A stretch of DNA of 64,000 nucleotides from a virus (lineage: Duplodnaviria > Heunggongvirae > Uroviricota > Caudoviricetes), in the IMG/VR virus record IMGVR_UViG_3300044765_000092, positions 1 to 64,000 of that record, one strand, 5' to 3'. Numbering within the stretch: position 1 is the first letter of the stretch; the number at the start of each line of letters is the position of its first letter. This document shows, in pieces, positions 1 to 9,949 of the stretch. The notes under the pieces are model-generated. The model was not told the origin of the DNA. It searched no databases and saw only the letters and a program-made list of their open reading frames with translations. The position numbers and the translations under genes were made by a program.

Positions 1-5
1 TCAGC

Positions 6-35
6 GGGGTGCGTGGTGGTCCCACCACGCACCCC
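6..35. repeat. Perfect 14-bp inverted repeat (GC-rich hairpin)
   Basis: ggggtgcgtggtgg-tc-ccaccacgcacccc; no U-tract follows. Confidence 0.8.
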
Positions 36-53
36 TCAAACATAGAGAACCCA

Positions 54-563
54 ATGTCTGAAGTTCATACCATCCTGGCAAACGAAGCGCGCAAGACCGA
101 GATCCGTCAAAAGATCGCGCGATTCCGCGGTGTGCTGGAAACAACCAGCTCTGTGATCAATAAGCTGTCTTCGGTCAACGACGACACCACGATCTCGTTG
201 AATCGTGCAATCGACGAGCTTGCCGCCCTAGAAATGGGTAGTGGTCCAGGCGTTACTGACACTTATGGACCCAAGTCGAAGCTGACGTTGTTGCTCGATC
301 GCGAACGCCTTGCCGCAAAAGAAGCTGTCTACGAACTGGTACAGAAGAACCCTAAGTGTACTGAAGCGGAAGCTGTGATGGCTTGGGATCGTGCGGCGAT
401 CTCTACGCATAAAGACTTGTTCGAGTATCCACTCCAGTCTGGTTCGGTGTTCTTGCGTGTGTATCGCACTCTTCTGGTGAAGATGGCACAAATACGAGAG
501 GACAGTTGGGAGGCCCAAAGGCAGTGGTTGGCAAAAACACCGAGAGCTAAGATTTTCAAGTAG
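54..563 (+). CDS. Hypothetical phage protein (helical)
   Basis: ORF 9..563; ATG at 54 has a gaga RBS-like element and lies downstream of the hairpin. Confidence 0.7.
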   Translation: MSEVHTILANEARKTEIRQKIARFRGVLETTSSVINKLSSVNDDTTISLNRAIDELAALEMGSGPGVTDTYGPKSKLTLLLDRERLAAKEAVYELVQKNPKCTEAEAVMAWDRAAISTHKDLFEYPLQSGSVFLRVYRTLLVKMAQIREDSWEAQRQWLAKTPRAKIFK

Positions 564-609
564 TGATAATACCCACCGCCGTTTAGGACGTGCCTGCGAG
601 GAGACAACT

Positions 610-861
610 GTGTCAGGCTATCTACTCCGTGTCCTTATCGCAATTGATCAATTAGGAAACGCTGTGTTGGGTGGACGCCCAGACCAGACTATAAGTGCAA
701 GGTGTTGGGAACATCGATCGCGAAGTCGAGCACACGGGTTAGCCTGTATGTCAATCGATCTACTGTTCTCGAGCCTCGGTTCTATGCCACAACATTGTAG
801 ACGCGCGTATTTGGCTGAACGTATGCGCATCCACAACAACTACCATACTGATTATGACTGA
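610..861 (+). CDS. Conserved small phage protein, family often found near tail-fibre/lysis genes
   Basis: Motif LIAIDQLGNAVLGGRPDQTISAR; gagga RBS. Confidence 0.7.
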   Translation: MSGYLLRVLIAIDQLGNAVLGGRPDQTISARCWEHRSRSRAHGLACMSIDLLFSSLGSMPQHCRRAYLAERMRIHNNYHTDYD

Positions 862-1948
862 TCCAACTGTTCACAACAGTCTAACTGGCCTTCAAGGTGG
901 TTATTCAGGCTCCCGAGGTCAGGAGTTTTACCACTTGTCGATGTCTCAATGGAACACCATTGCGGCACTGGCACAGACTGGATACCAGACCCCAATCACC
1001 ATCCCTCAAGTTTCTGATCCACAGAACTGGTGCTTGAGTCTGGGCCGAAATCAAGCTAATCAGATCGTGTTCCAGTGGCGTACTACGCTGCCAACGATCG
1101 ATGCGACTATGGCCGGATACGTGCCGACTGTTGATGTGACTAACGGTCAGGCTCAGATCACATGGAAGCTCCCAGGAACCGAGTTGTCGCATCAATCGCT
1201 GACCAATCTGTGCGGTGGCACTGACGGTCAGTTCTACCACGTCAATTCGGCACAGGCCGCGTGGGTATCGGATGCAGCAGCCACTGGCGTCAAGATCAGT
1301 GACCTGAATCAACGCCTGACCGCGGTTGAAAACGTCATCACGTCGTTTCAAAATCTTCCGATTCTTGGTCCCGGTGTGTTAGTCAGTACCGGGAGTTCGT
1401 GGAACGATCTGCATTTTGTTCAGGGGACGACCGCTGGTCAAGTACTGACATGCACGCCCGCAGCGCAATCAGGTTGGTCGGTTGCGACACCCACTGATCC
1501 TGATTCAGCGGGTGTGTCTGAGACTCTCGTGCTCGACGATCCTAGACTGCCGAGCACAGCCACCGATGGTGACCATCTTGCGTGGTCACAACAAGGGCAG
1601 CGCTGGGAGACTGTCCCCTCACGGGTAGTGCCGGTCTTGAACACGAGTGTGAGTCTCACACTACCAGCCACATCAACCGTCAAGGTCTATCGGGCTACTC
1701 ACCCGACTGATCCTGTACGGATTACTCTCCCCAATCAAACAAACACTCCTCTCGATGTCGGTACTTTCGTCACTTTGGTCCGGGCTGGAGCAGGTTCTGC
1801 GCTCTTTACAGCCGAGCCGGGCGTCCAACTTGTCTACCGAACAGGCTATTCCACCTACGTCGACTTTGTTGCCGGCCGAGCCTACGCCCATAAGGTCGAC
1901 ACCAATGTTTGGGACATCTGGGGTGATCTTGCCACTAGCGCAGTCTAA
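854..1948 (+). CDS. Tail fibre-like structural protein
   Basis: Two HxSLTxLxGG..FYH motifs; C-terminal ITLP...VGTFVTL...KVDTNVWDIWGDL domain resembles the C-terminus of the 9950 fibre. Confidence 0.6.
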   Translation: MTDPTVHNSLTGLQGGYSGSRGQEFYHLSMSQWNTIAALAQTGYQTPITIPQVSDPQNWCLSLGRNQANQIVFQWRTTLPTIDATMAGYVPTVDVTNGQAQITWKLPGTELSHQSLTNLCGGTDGQFYHVNSAQAAWVSDAAATGVKISDLNQRLTAVENVITSFQNLPILGPGVLVSTGSSWNDLHFVQGTTAGQVLTCTPAAQSGWSVATPTDPDSAGVSETLVLDDPRLPSTATDGDHLAWSQQGQRWETVPSRVVPVLNTSVSLTLPATSTVKVYRATHPTDPVRITLPNQTNTPLDVGTFVTLVRAGAGSALFTAEPGVQLVYRTGYSTYVDFVAGRAYAHKVDTNVWDIWGDLATSAV

Positions 1949-1967
1949 TTTTAGCAGCAGCAACATC

Positions 1968-2549
1968 ATGAGCACAATCAACGCGACACTAACTGACCAG
2001 GACTTCCAGTCGGCAGCCAACATCTTGAACTGTGAGGTCGCAGCCATAAAGTCAGTGGCCGATGTCGAAACCGCTGGGGCTCCGTTCTTTCCCAACGGTT
2101 GGCCGAAGCTCCTGTTCGAAGCTCTGACCTTCCACCGATACACAGGTGGTAAGTACGATGCGACGGCACCGAACATCAGCTCACCTACCTGGAATCGTGC
2201 TCTATACGGCAAGACTTGGGACGCCGAGTTCCAGCGCTTCCAGACTGCGTGTACGCTCGACCGACGAGCCGCAGTCATGTCGTGTTCGTGGGGCATGTTT
2301 CAGATCATGGGCTTCAACTTTGCTCTGTGTGGCTACACTGACGTTGATGCATTTGTCAACGACATGAAGACCGATGTGGCGCATCATCTGAGTACCTTTG
2401 TTCAGTACGTCAAGCACATGCGTTTGGACGTGTGTTTGCAGAATCACGATTGGGTAGCGTTTGCTCAACGCTACAACGGTCCGTCTGAGGCTGAGAATCA
2501 CTATCACGACAAGCTGGCAGCCGCTTACGCGAAGTTCAAAACCACTTAA
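1968..2549 (+). CDS. Endolysin, N-acetylmuramidase (DUF3380/Muramidase family)
   Basis: AAIKSVADVETAG, PKLLFE, SWGMFQIMGFN and FAQRYNG motifs; likely start ATG 1968 just after the upstream stop. Confidence 0.9.
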   Translation: MSTINATLTDQDFQSAANILNCEVAAIKSVADVETAGAPFFPNGWPKLLFEALTFHRYTGGKYDATAPNISSPTWNRALYGKTWDAEFQRFQTACTLDRRAAVMSCSWGMFQIMGFNFALCGYTDVDAFVNDMKTDVAHHLSTFVQYVKHMRLDVCLQNHDWVAFAQRYNGPSEAENHYHDKLAAAYAKFKTT

Positions 2550-2572
2550 CTGAAAGTGGAGTGAGGTGGGCT

Positions 2573-3598
2573 ATGCCTATCAATTCAGATAATACCCCGG
2601 TCAGCAACATTCTCTACAGTGTGACCAATGTTTCCGAGTCAGTTCTAGTGTTCGGCAACACTCGAATCGACCCTGACCAAACGGCTCTAATATCGGTTGA
2701 CTACTTTGACAAGATTCAAGCTCTGTCCATCTCGGGCCAACTGACTTACAAGTTAACCGATTATCTATCTAGTCAGATCGATCAGGAACTTGGGACCAAT
2801 GCTTGGCGATTTGGCGGAACTGCCGCACCTGCTCCGCCGCCATCTTGGGGTGGAATCGGTGGCACGATCACCAATCAAACTGACCTCATCAATCTGGTGA
2901 ACAACAGTGTGTCGGGTAAGCTTGACACTTCGTTATTGGCTGACGCTACTAACGGTGGGGCTGGTCTTGTCGGTTACGACGACAACGCTACATATCCGGA
3001 TGCTTCGATCGGTCGAAAGGCGCAGGCACTAACAGCTTATGCTCGTAACTTGACAGGCACTCCGAATCAGGTAATTCTGACCCCGGATGTCTCAGGTAAC
3101 CTGACGTTCAGTCTACCGCAAGATATCGGCACGTTGTCAAGCCCATCATTCGCTTCGCTATCGACCACCGCCGCGTGTCAGTTTCCTGGCATGGTCTCTG
3201 GCTCGACTCCTGCGTCTGGGGTTGTTGGTGAATATCTGTCTAATCAATTGACGAGCGATGTGATCGCGTTGTCTAACACTCCGCAGGGTGTGATTGGATT
3301 GACGTTACCGGCTGGCAACTTTATTGTTCAGGGGCTTGCGGTCTTTAATGTTGGATCGGGGACTCTCACTTATAGTGGTGTAGGCATCGGGGTATCGACT
3401 ACCGTACTACCTCCCGATCCATATGTGTCGGTCAACGTTCGGAACGCTACTACACCGCAGGTGAATCCTCGCCTGCTATCGCCACCCCGATTTGTTCATT
3501 CGACTTCCTCTTCAGTCACTTATTACCTGATAGTTCAAGCTGCGTTTAGTGCTTCGTGTACTGTCGACGGCTATATCTGGGCTTATCGCTGGTGCTAA
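2573..3598 (+). CDS. Tail fibre / virion appendage protein
   Basis: WGGIGGTITNQTDL fibre motif; N-terminal module shared with the 6877 and 9950 ORFs. Confidence 0.65.
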   Translation: MPINSDNTPVSNILYSVTNVSESVLVFGNTRIDPDQTALISVDYFDKIQALSISGQLTYKLTDYLSSQIDQELGTNAWRFGGTAAPAPPPSWGGIGGTITNQTDLINLVNNSVSGKLDTSLLADATNGGAGLVGYDDNATYPDASIGRKAQALTAYARNLTGTPNQVILTPDVSGNLTFSLPQDIGTLSSPSFASLSTTAACQFPGMVSGSTPASGVVGEYLSNQLTSDVIALSNTPQGVIGLTLPAGNFIVQGLAVFNVGSGTLTYSGVGIGVSTTVLPPDPYVSVNVRNATTPQVNPRLLSPPRFVHSTSSSVTYYLIVQAAFSASCTVDGYIWAYRWC

Positions 3599-3601
3599 AT
3601 C

Positions 3602-4588
3602 ATGGTCATGCCAAGTTACCCCACTTTGTGTACGACCAGTCGAGGGACTGTTGAGTTCAATCGACAAATCACGGACGGGAACGGGAACTTATTCCCACAC
3701 AAGTGCGACATATACATTCCGAATTCCAAGATCACAAATGTCTGCGTGTTCTTGCACGGTGGTGGTGGAACTAAGGGTCAGTTCGCAGCTCAACTCCACG
3801 TCGGATACTACCCGTACCCACTTGTGAATTGGACAATGCTGTCGTTCTGGCAGACGATCGCCATCTTCCCACAAGGCCAAGCGTGCAACGGCGTGTACGA
3901 TCCGACTCTGAATCCTCTGGGAGTCACTACACCAACTGCTTTTACGTGGTTCAATTGGTTCATGTATTCGGGTGTAGACGATATGGCGTTCTTGACGGCC
4001 ATGAGTTCGTACATCACCGGTCGTTGGGGTTCAGTTGGAAAGAACTTGTGTGGGCACTCCAGCGGTGGAATCATGTGTGCACGGGTCTGGCGTGAAAAGC
4101 CAACGCTGTTCAGTCACTACTGTTCTTCGTCTGGGCCAGCAGCGACTCACTATTTGTCGCAGCCAGTAGTGCCGAAGATTCGCAGGCCATTGCTGCTCGA
4201 CATCGGAGCGTTGGACGATAAGTTGATGATCAAGGATGGACCAGCTGGTCCAGGCGATCACTTTTACGACCAGATTCTACAGCAGAACCCTGACGACTGG
4301 TCAAAAGCGGATTGCGAATTCCCGGCTCACGGTACACACATGGGACCGTGGTACGACCTACAGCAAATGGCGGCGGCCGACAACCAGCCTCCAGTTCAAC
4401 AATCATCCGGTGTGTTCTCGACCGATGCATTCGGTAATCCACAGGGAATTACCACGTGGAAAACTGGGTCACAAAATCAGATCTGGTTGAGACGACTTGA
4501 AGCAGCAAATCACGATGTTCCGTCGCACGAAGCTGCGTTAGGTGGCCGTCTAGTTAATCAATGGATGGGCTTTATCGCTACCAATTGA
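3602..4588 (+). CDS. Alpha/beta-hydrolase esterase (PHB depolymerase/LpqP-like)
   Basis: VFLHGGGG oxyanion motif, DDMAFL, GHSSGG nucleophile elbow, C-terminal His. Confidence 0.8.
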   Translation: MVMPSYPTLCTTSRGTVEFNRQITDGNGNLFPHKCDIYIPNSKITNVCVFLHGGGGTKGQFAAQLHVGYYPYPLVNWTMLSFWQTIAIFPQGQACNGVYDPTLNPLGVTTPTAFTWFNWFMYSGVDDMAFLTAMSSYITGRWGSVGKNLCGHSSGGIMCARVWREKPTLFSHYCSSSGPAATHYLSQPVVPKIRRPLLLDIGALDDKLMIKDGPAGPGDHFYDQILQQNPDDWSKADCEFPAHGTHMGPWYDLQQMAAADNQPPVQQSSGVFSTDAFGNPQGITTWKTGSQNQIWLRRLEAANHDVPSHEAALGGRLVNQWMGFIATN

Positions 4589-4600
4589 TTCACATTCATT

Positions 4601-5086
4601 TTGATCCCGACACACGGAGGTTCTGTGTTTATCGACTATCGATCCTTGACAAGCGACCAGGTCGCTTGCTTGAACGAACTAAGAACCTCAGCGTCGAACG
4701 AGGCAGTGCTGCACAAAACCATGGACATGGTTAACGAGTTGGTGAACGTATTGAGCGGTGCTCGATCAACTCACGTACAGTGGCAGTTCAAGTCTTCGTT
4801 TGATACGCATGCTCAGCTGCCACCCGCTATAGTGACTACCAAACCACGGTTGATCGTCTTCGTTGAGAGTGAATTGAACTCACAATCAACTCGCTTCCGC
4901 GTGGTCCACAAATTAACGTCGGTTGTACACGCGTTGAACAATCCGATCACTGCGTTCTACACAGAAGATCGGCAAGTTGGGTTGCTAGACTGCGATCCAC
5001 TTGTGTCTCGTTTGCTGATGTGGTTTGAATTTGACCAATCTGTTGATCTGCCATCGGTCACACGATTCGTGACCCGCAAGCACTAA
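4601..5086 (+). CDS. Hypothetical protein
   Basis: 161-aa ORF filling the gap in the + block; start uncertain. Confidence 0.5.
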   Translation: MIPTHGGSVFIDYRSLTSDQVACLNELRTSASNEAVLHKTMDMVNELVNVLSGARSTHVQWQFKSSFDTHAQLPPAIVTTKPRLIVFVESELNSQSTRFRVVHKLTSVVHALNNPITAFYTEDRQVGLLDCDPLVSRLLMWFEFDQSVDLPSVTRFVTRKH

Positions 5087-5113
5087 TTTGATGGCATCAG
5101 TGAACCTGAGAGT

Positions 5114-5899
5114 GTGCCAAACATCATGACAACCCAATGGTTGAACAAAGGCCGGATTGCTGTATACGCTCGAACAGAGCAGGCATTTCCGGCCCTCGAC
5201 TTTTTCAAAGAGTCGAAGAAGAGCGGCCGCCTAAATGTCGGGTCCAACACGATGGACCTGACGGTGCCCGAATTCGGTGGTCAACCAATACCGCTTGACT
5301 TCAACACCTGGCTGCCATTCGCAAGTCCGTACTACAAGATCAGCGCCGATCCGCGTGATTACGTGATTGTGCCCGTGATCGTAATGCCAAGTGATCTGCC
5401 GAATCGTAACGGAGTTGCCTTTCCGCTGCGCGAACTCGTGCGTTTCCACCCGCACCTAGGCCAGCAAGCGTACAAGACGTGGAAGGGCAAGCCTACATTT
5501 CGCGAGCACGATAACAAGGAAATCGAGAAAGCGCACGGCGTAATCATTGATTCGTTCTTGCGCCCGCTCCGCGGATGGGCAAACAACAAGGTGTGGAAGG
5601 TTAATCTCCTACTCGGATTTGACCGAAGCAAACACCCAGAGATCGCAAACAACATTCTGCAGGGTGAAGACAACGCGTACTCTATGGGTGCGTGGGTCAA
5701 CTCGTATGAGTGTTCCCATTGCGGTCAAGAAGTCGGCAAGGGTTGTAATCACTTGCGTGAGAACTTGAATGACTTCTACGAGCTGGGTGGAAACCTAGTG
5801 TTCAAGAATTGTGTGGGCATTGAAGGTTTCGAGTGCAGTTCGGTGGCAACACCGGCTTACATCTCGGCCATCAGTGACGAAGTCAAACAGCTGAGTTGA
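5114..5899 (+). CDS. Prohead (capsid maturation) protease, HK97/assemblin-like, with Zn-finger insertion
   Basis: PTFREHD (His), YSMG (Ser), FECSSVATPA (ExSxVxxPA motif); CSHC...CNH insertion. Confidence 0.75.
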   Translation: MPNIMTTQWLNKGRIAVYARTEQAFPALDFFKESKKSGRLNVGSNTMDLTVPEFGGQPIPLDFNTWLPFASPYYKISADPRDYVIVPVIVMPSDLPNRNGVAFPLRELVRFHPHLGQQAYKTWKGKPTFREHDNKEIEKAHGVIIDSFLRPLRGWANNKVWKVNLLLGFDRSKHPEIANNILQGEDNAYSMGAWVNSYECSHCGQEVGKGCNHLRENLNDFYELGGNLVFKNCVGIEGFECSSVATPAYISAISDEVKQLS

Positions 5900-5909
5900 G
5901 TGTCGGGCG

Positions 5910-6329
5910 ATGAAAGCAACTCCAATCGTGTCAGTTTCTGACACTCACATGCGTCAACTGAAGATGGCAGCACTTATTGCCATCAATGTTCCTGTCTTGT
6001 GTGCAGGGCTCTTCCAGTCTTCAAGTCTGGTACGCGCCCTGATCGACAGTGGTGGCTATCTTGGTTATTCGAGCCTTGCTCTTCTGTTTGGCTTGACGGT
6101 GGCAGCCGCGCTCACGACTGCTGCTCGATTCAAATCCAGTTTGATCAACTGGCTCTGTGGTCATCAGGGAATGATATGGTGGGGAATCGGAGTTACCTAC
6201 TCCGGTTTTGCATTTGTGCTTACCCGAGCACGATTCGACCTCCTATCGACTCTGGTATTTGGTGCATGCGCCATCATCACGATTGGCATTGCCTTTCTGG
6301 AGGTGAGCGCAAAGAAGGGAGGCAGATGA
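5910..6329 (+). CDS. Membrane protein (about 4 TM)
   Basis: Four hydrophobic segments. Confidence 0.65.
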   Translation: MKATPIVSVSDTHMRQLKMAALIAINVPVLCAGLFQSSSLVRALIDSGGYLGYSSLALLFGLTVAAALTTAARFKSSLINWLCGHQGMIWWGIGVTYSGFAFVLTRARFDLLSTLVFGACAIITIGIAFLEVSAKKGGR

Positions 6330-6838
6330 ATTCCGCGACGTACAAAACCTTGCACATCATTGCAATGAGCATGGCAACCACTTCAGTAGCCGCTGCTCAA
6401 GTGACAATGGGGCTTGGTGACACGCTGTGGAGCATTGAGCTCGGAGACTGGGTCGCCATTGCGTTCTTGAGTACGACATTTGGTTTGGTGGCATTGTTGC
6501 AGCGCCTGAATCGCAACGAAGCCCCGACTCATTGGTTGCGCTTTGCGTTGGCTCACATGCTTGGCAGTTTGGTGAGCGGGTTCACTATCTTTCTTGCGTT
6601 GGAAGCACAAGGTACTCCTAATAGATTCTTCCAAGCACTTGCTATCGGATGCGCTGCGTTTATCGGCGCGTCGGTAATCGACCGAATCGCGGCCCGTGTC
6701 CTCGCTTCGGTTAATGCTGTTTTGGGTGGAAGTGTAGAACAGCAGCTCAGCCAGTTGGACGAGCAGCATTCGACATCAATGCCTGACAACACATCCAATC
6801 CAGTTTCGGGTTCTGAAACTGATGCCAACAAACCCTGA
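6326..6838 (+). CDS. Membrane protein, holin candidate
   Basis: ATG at 6326 overlaps the upstream stop (ATGA), ggagg RBS; 3-4 TM segments and a hydrophilic C-terminal tail. Confidence 0.5.
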   Translation: MNSATYKTLHIIAMSMATTSVAAAQVTMGLGDTLWSIELGDWVAIAFLSTTFGLVALLQRLNRNEAPTHWLRFALAHMLGSLVSGFTIFLALEAQGTPNRFFQALAIGCAAFIGASVIDRIAARVLASVNAVLGGSVEQQLSQLDEQHSTSMPDNTSNPVSGSETDANKP

Positions 6839-6864
6839 CCGCGGTCAGGGTGTTTGCTTTCTTC
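6832..6864 (+). terminator. Probable intrinsic terminator
   Basis: Perfect palindrome accctgaccgcggtcagggt followed by gtttgctttctt. Confidence 0.55.
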
Positions 6865-6876
6865 TGGAGATCTCAC

Positions 6877-8217
6877 ATGCCGTATTCCGTGCAGAATCTG
6901 ACCCGAAACGTTTTGACATTCGGGACTGCTGTTGTTCAAGCTCAAAGTTCGGCCATAGTTGACGACTCGTTCCTGCCGGAACTGACTCAACTCAGTGCCT
7001 CGGGCCTTATCTCTTACTCTGCCGTCAATGGTGGCGGTGGCACCAGTTCTGTTACTGTGGTTGACGATCTGGTGACCGGTGGTTCGACCAGTGCTCTGAG
7101 TGCTCAACAAGGTGTTGTACTCAACAACTCGATTAGCACGCTAAGCACTCAGGTCAATACGCTGGTACCCAAGTCGTCGATCGTTAACGATCTGGTGACG
7201 GGTGGCACTCAAGTGCCACTCAGTGCGCAACAAGGCGTGGTCCTCAATTCGGCTGTCGCAGGCAAGCTCAATACCAGCTCCGTTGTCAACGATCTTGTGA
7301 CCGGCGGTACTGCGGTTCCACTGAGCGCCCAACAAGGTGTTGTACTCAACGCCGCGCTGGCAAACAAGGCTCCGTTGGCGAGTCCGGCGCTGACAGGTGT
7401 GCCAACGGCCCCGACAGCAACTCTGGGTACGAACACGACTCAGCTGGCAACAATGGCGGCTCTCCAAGCCGCGCTCGCCGCCTCCGGTCGCCTGTTCCAA
7501 GGGTCTGGTGTTCCGTCCAACACGCTTGGTATCGATGGTGACGGTTATGTCCGTATGGACAGCCCTTATGTCGGTTCGTTGTACCTCAAGTCGTCCGGTG
7601 CGTGGAACGTTGCTCAGACCACAACCACTTGGGCTGGTCGTCCATCGGCATCGTCCAACACGGGCGCTGTAATCACCGTTAGTGACTGGAACATCGACTT
7701 CTATTCCGACGGTACGAACTGGATTCCAGTGAACAAGCGTCTGCCGTTTGTCACTTATGCGACAGGTACCTCGTCCCTCACTACTGGTACGAACAGTGGT
7801 ACTCTGGCGTCGACTGCGATCATCTTCACTGATACGATCCCGGCTGGTCTGGTGATTCCTGGGTGCAAGATCGAATTCGAAGGTCTGGCGCAGTACGCTG
7901 GTACTTCTGCGTCGGCTGCGGGTAAGGCGTTTATTGTCACTGACAGTAACGCCACTTGGTTCATTTCGCCTGCCCCAAGCAACACGACCAAGTCGACTGC
8001 TGTGCGGATGACTATGCGGGTCGACAGCACAAACGTAGCAAAGCAGGTTATGATCTTTGCATCGAACTCGTCGGATACCAATGGCGCGACAACGAATGCG
8101 CCTCAATTCCTGACGAATAACTTTGTCAACGCCTGTGCCTTCCAGTGGCGCCTCAACGCCAACACTGACGACAGCTATCAGTTGCTGAGCCGTAGCATCA
8201 CCATCTACTATCCGTAA
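6877..8217 (+). CDS. Tail fibre protein with three tandem repeats
   Basis: 3x V(N/D)DLVTGG...LSAQQGVVLN, then the KAPLASPALTGVPTAPTA..NTTQLAT fibre motif; ggag RBS before ATG 6877. Confidence 0.85.
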   Translation: MPYSVQNLTRNVLTFGTAVVQAQSSAIVDDSFLPELTQLSASGLISYSAVNGGGGTSSVTVVDDLVTGGSTSALSAQQGVVLNNSISTLSTQVNTLVPKSSIVNDLVTGGTQVPLSAQQGVVLNSAVAGKLNTSSVVNDLVTGGTAVPLSAQQGVVLNAALANKAPLASPALTGVPTAPTATLGTNTTQLATMAALQAALAASGRLFQGSGVPSNTLGIDGDGYVRMDSPYVGSLYLKSSGAWNVAQTTTTWAGRPSASSNTGAVITVSDWNIDFYSDGTNWIPVNKRLPFVTYATGTSSLTTGTNSGTLASTAIIFTDTIPAGLVIPGCKIEFEGLAQYAGTSASAAGKAFIVTDSNATWFISPAPSNTTKSTAVRMTMRVDSTNVAKQVMIFASNSSDTNGATTNAPQFLTNNFVNACAFQWRLNANTDDSYQLLSRSITIYYP

Positions 8218-8257
8218 TCAGTAGCCTCGTGGCGCGTGTTAATGGAGTTTGACTCTT

Positions 8258-9880
8258 ATGCCTCTTACTAATCGCTTTCGACAGCGTCAGGTCGAACGCC
8301 TCACGCCAGTAGCTACGAAATACGCCCGAAAGCTGACTGGAGCGTGGGCCGTCAACTACACGGAGGACCCCAACGTCCTCCAGTGGTACGACTTTCTGCA
8401 ATGCAACCCCAGTCAGCTCTATATGTGGGCGGGCACGACTCGCTACAATCAGTTCGCGAGCCTCATCAGTTCCCAAAAGGCACTGAATTCACGAGCTAAA
8501 TGGGGCGCCTATACCATCGCCTACGAGAACGGTGGTCAGTGCAGTTTCATCGATTCGATCTCGCGCTCTGGTTCGAGCGTCACGTTCAACATCGTTGACA
8601 TGACTGCCCAAACGGCCAAGGCCCCGGATTCGAACATCACGAGCACGAGCCAGATCATTGTGATCGGTTTGTCGGGTAGCGCCGCAGTCTACAACGGAAC
8701 GTGGACAGCTACTGCGGTTGGCGCCTCGTCAGTGACTGCCACCGTCACTGGTGCGGCTACCTCAGGTCCGACTGGTGTGTCATCTGCCAATGGTATGGTG
8801 GCAAGCACTGCTACAGTCGCTGGTCATTGGTTCACCACTCTTAAAAACAACGAGTCGTTCTATCTGCACAAGCAGGGGAACAGTGGCCGTCGCACAGCGT
8901 GGAGCACGAGCTACAACGCGATCAACATGAACCTGAGTCGAAACACGACTCCGGATTCGTCGACTGGTTATCGTTGGCCTCAGACGTGTGCGAGCATCTA
9001 CCGGGAAATCTTCGACAACATCGATCTGGACTGGGCGTTTCTCGACAACTACATCGACCCACGTAACGACGTGATCAACGATGTCCAGTTTGGTACTGGT
9101 GCTCGTGGTACTGAAGACTTCTTGATCGATGGCGTTGGTCAGTCAATCACCTCGACTCTGGGCCTTAGCGCCCACCGTCAAGGCTGTGCTGACTACGCTC
9201 AAGCCATTCGCTCGTTTGCCGCCTCGACTGGCAGTGGCAAGTCCAAGTCGCTGGTCTGCATGGGTAACCATGACAGTGCAAACGGTGTGACGCTCACAAA
9301 CGAGATGGCAAATAGCCTGGAGTACGCGTTCATCGAGAACGTGTTTGCCGGCTATGGTGATTCGAACCGTGCATCGATCCTGAGCAGTGCCGCTTACGGT
9401 TTTAGCCACTTCTTCAATCCAGCTGGTGGCAACGGTTCGATCCAGGCATTCGTGCCGCAGCTGATGGCTCCTCGATACGTGTTCTTGGATATCGAACCTA
9501 CCTCGTCTACTCAATACGAGCTGATTCGCTTTGGCATGGGTATGTGCTGGTTGCATGACAATGCAATCCCCATCATCTATCCACAGAGCGGTACTCGGGT
9601 CGCTTATGACGAACAAAAAGTGGGCGTGGGCAACGCGATTGACCCGATCCCAACTGTTCCGTATTCGGGCACTTTGTGGAAGCGCCAATACCAGAACATG
9701 CTGGTGTTGGTCAACGCTGGATCGTCTTCGCAGTCGATCGATCTGACTGGTACTCAATGGAAACGAATCAACGGTACTGGTGATCCTACAACCAATAGTG
9801 GCGGGTCTGCCATCAACGGCTCGTTTGTTGTTCCGGGCTGGTCGGCACGGATGTTGGTCATCAACGATCCGGGCACATAA
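8258..9880 (+). CDS. Putative polysaccharide depolymerase, GHL15-like glycoside hydrolase
   Basis: ESFYLH, DWAFLDN and C-terminal LWKRQYQNMLVLVN resemble hypothetical glycosyl hydrolase family 15; sits among tail genes. Confidence 0.6.
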   Translation: MPLTNRFRQRQVERLTPVATKYARKLTGAWAVNYTEDPNVLQWYDFLQCNPSQLYMWAGTTRYNQFASLISSQKALNSRAKWGAYTIAYENGGQCSFIDSISRSGSSVTFNIVDMTAQTAKAPDSNITSTSQIIVIGLSGSAAVYNGTWTATAVGASSVTATVTGAATSGPTGVSSANGMVASTATVAGHWFTTLKNNESFYLHKQGNSGRRTAWSTSYNAINMNLSRNTTPDSSTGYRWPQTCASIYREIFDNIDLDWAFLDNYIDPRNDVINDVQFGTGARGTEDFLIDGVGQSITSTLGLSAHRQGCADYAQAIRSFAASTGSGKSKSLVCMGNHDSANGVTLTNEMANSLEYAFIENVFAGYGDSNRASILSSAAYGFSHFFNPAGGNGSIQAFVPQLMAPRYVFLDIEPTSSTQYELIRFGMGMCWLHDNAIPIIYPQSGTRVAYDEQKVGVGNAIDPIPTVPYSGTLWKRQYQNMLVLVNAGSSSQSIDLTGTQWKRINGTGDPTTNSGGSAINGSFVVPGWSARMLVINDPGT

Positions 9881-9896
9881 AGTCAAGTCAGGTTTC

Positions 9897-9946
9897 GGGA
9901 GTGTAAGTCCGTTGGGCCTACACTCCCATTTGCTATGGGGTAGCAA
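9897..9946 (+). promoter_or_regulatory. Two consecutive hairpins upstream of the long fibre gene
   Basis: gggagtgta/tacactccc stem (9897-9927), then ttgcta-tgggg-tagcaa (9930-9946) just before ATG 9950. Confidence 0.5.
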
Positions 9947-9949
9947 CTC

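Noticed and set aside
1755-1967. N-terminal extension of the endolysin as a SAR or signal sequence
   Set aside because: It overlaps the upstream gene by about 190 nt; ATG 1968 after the stop and the motif is the more plausible start.
7060-7350. Three near-tandem repeats as a possible CRISPR array or DGR template/variable repeats
   Set aside because: They are in-frame peptide repeats with synonymous variation; there is no adenine-specific pattern and no reverse transcriptase.
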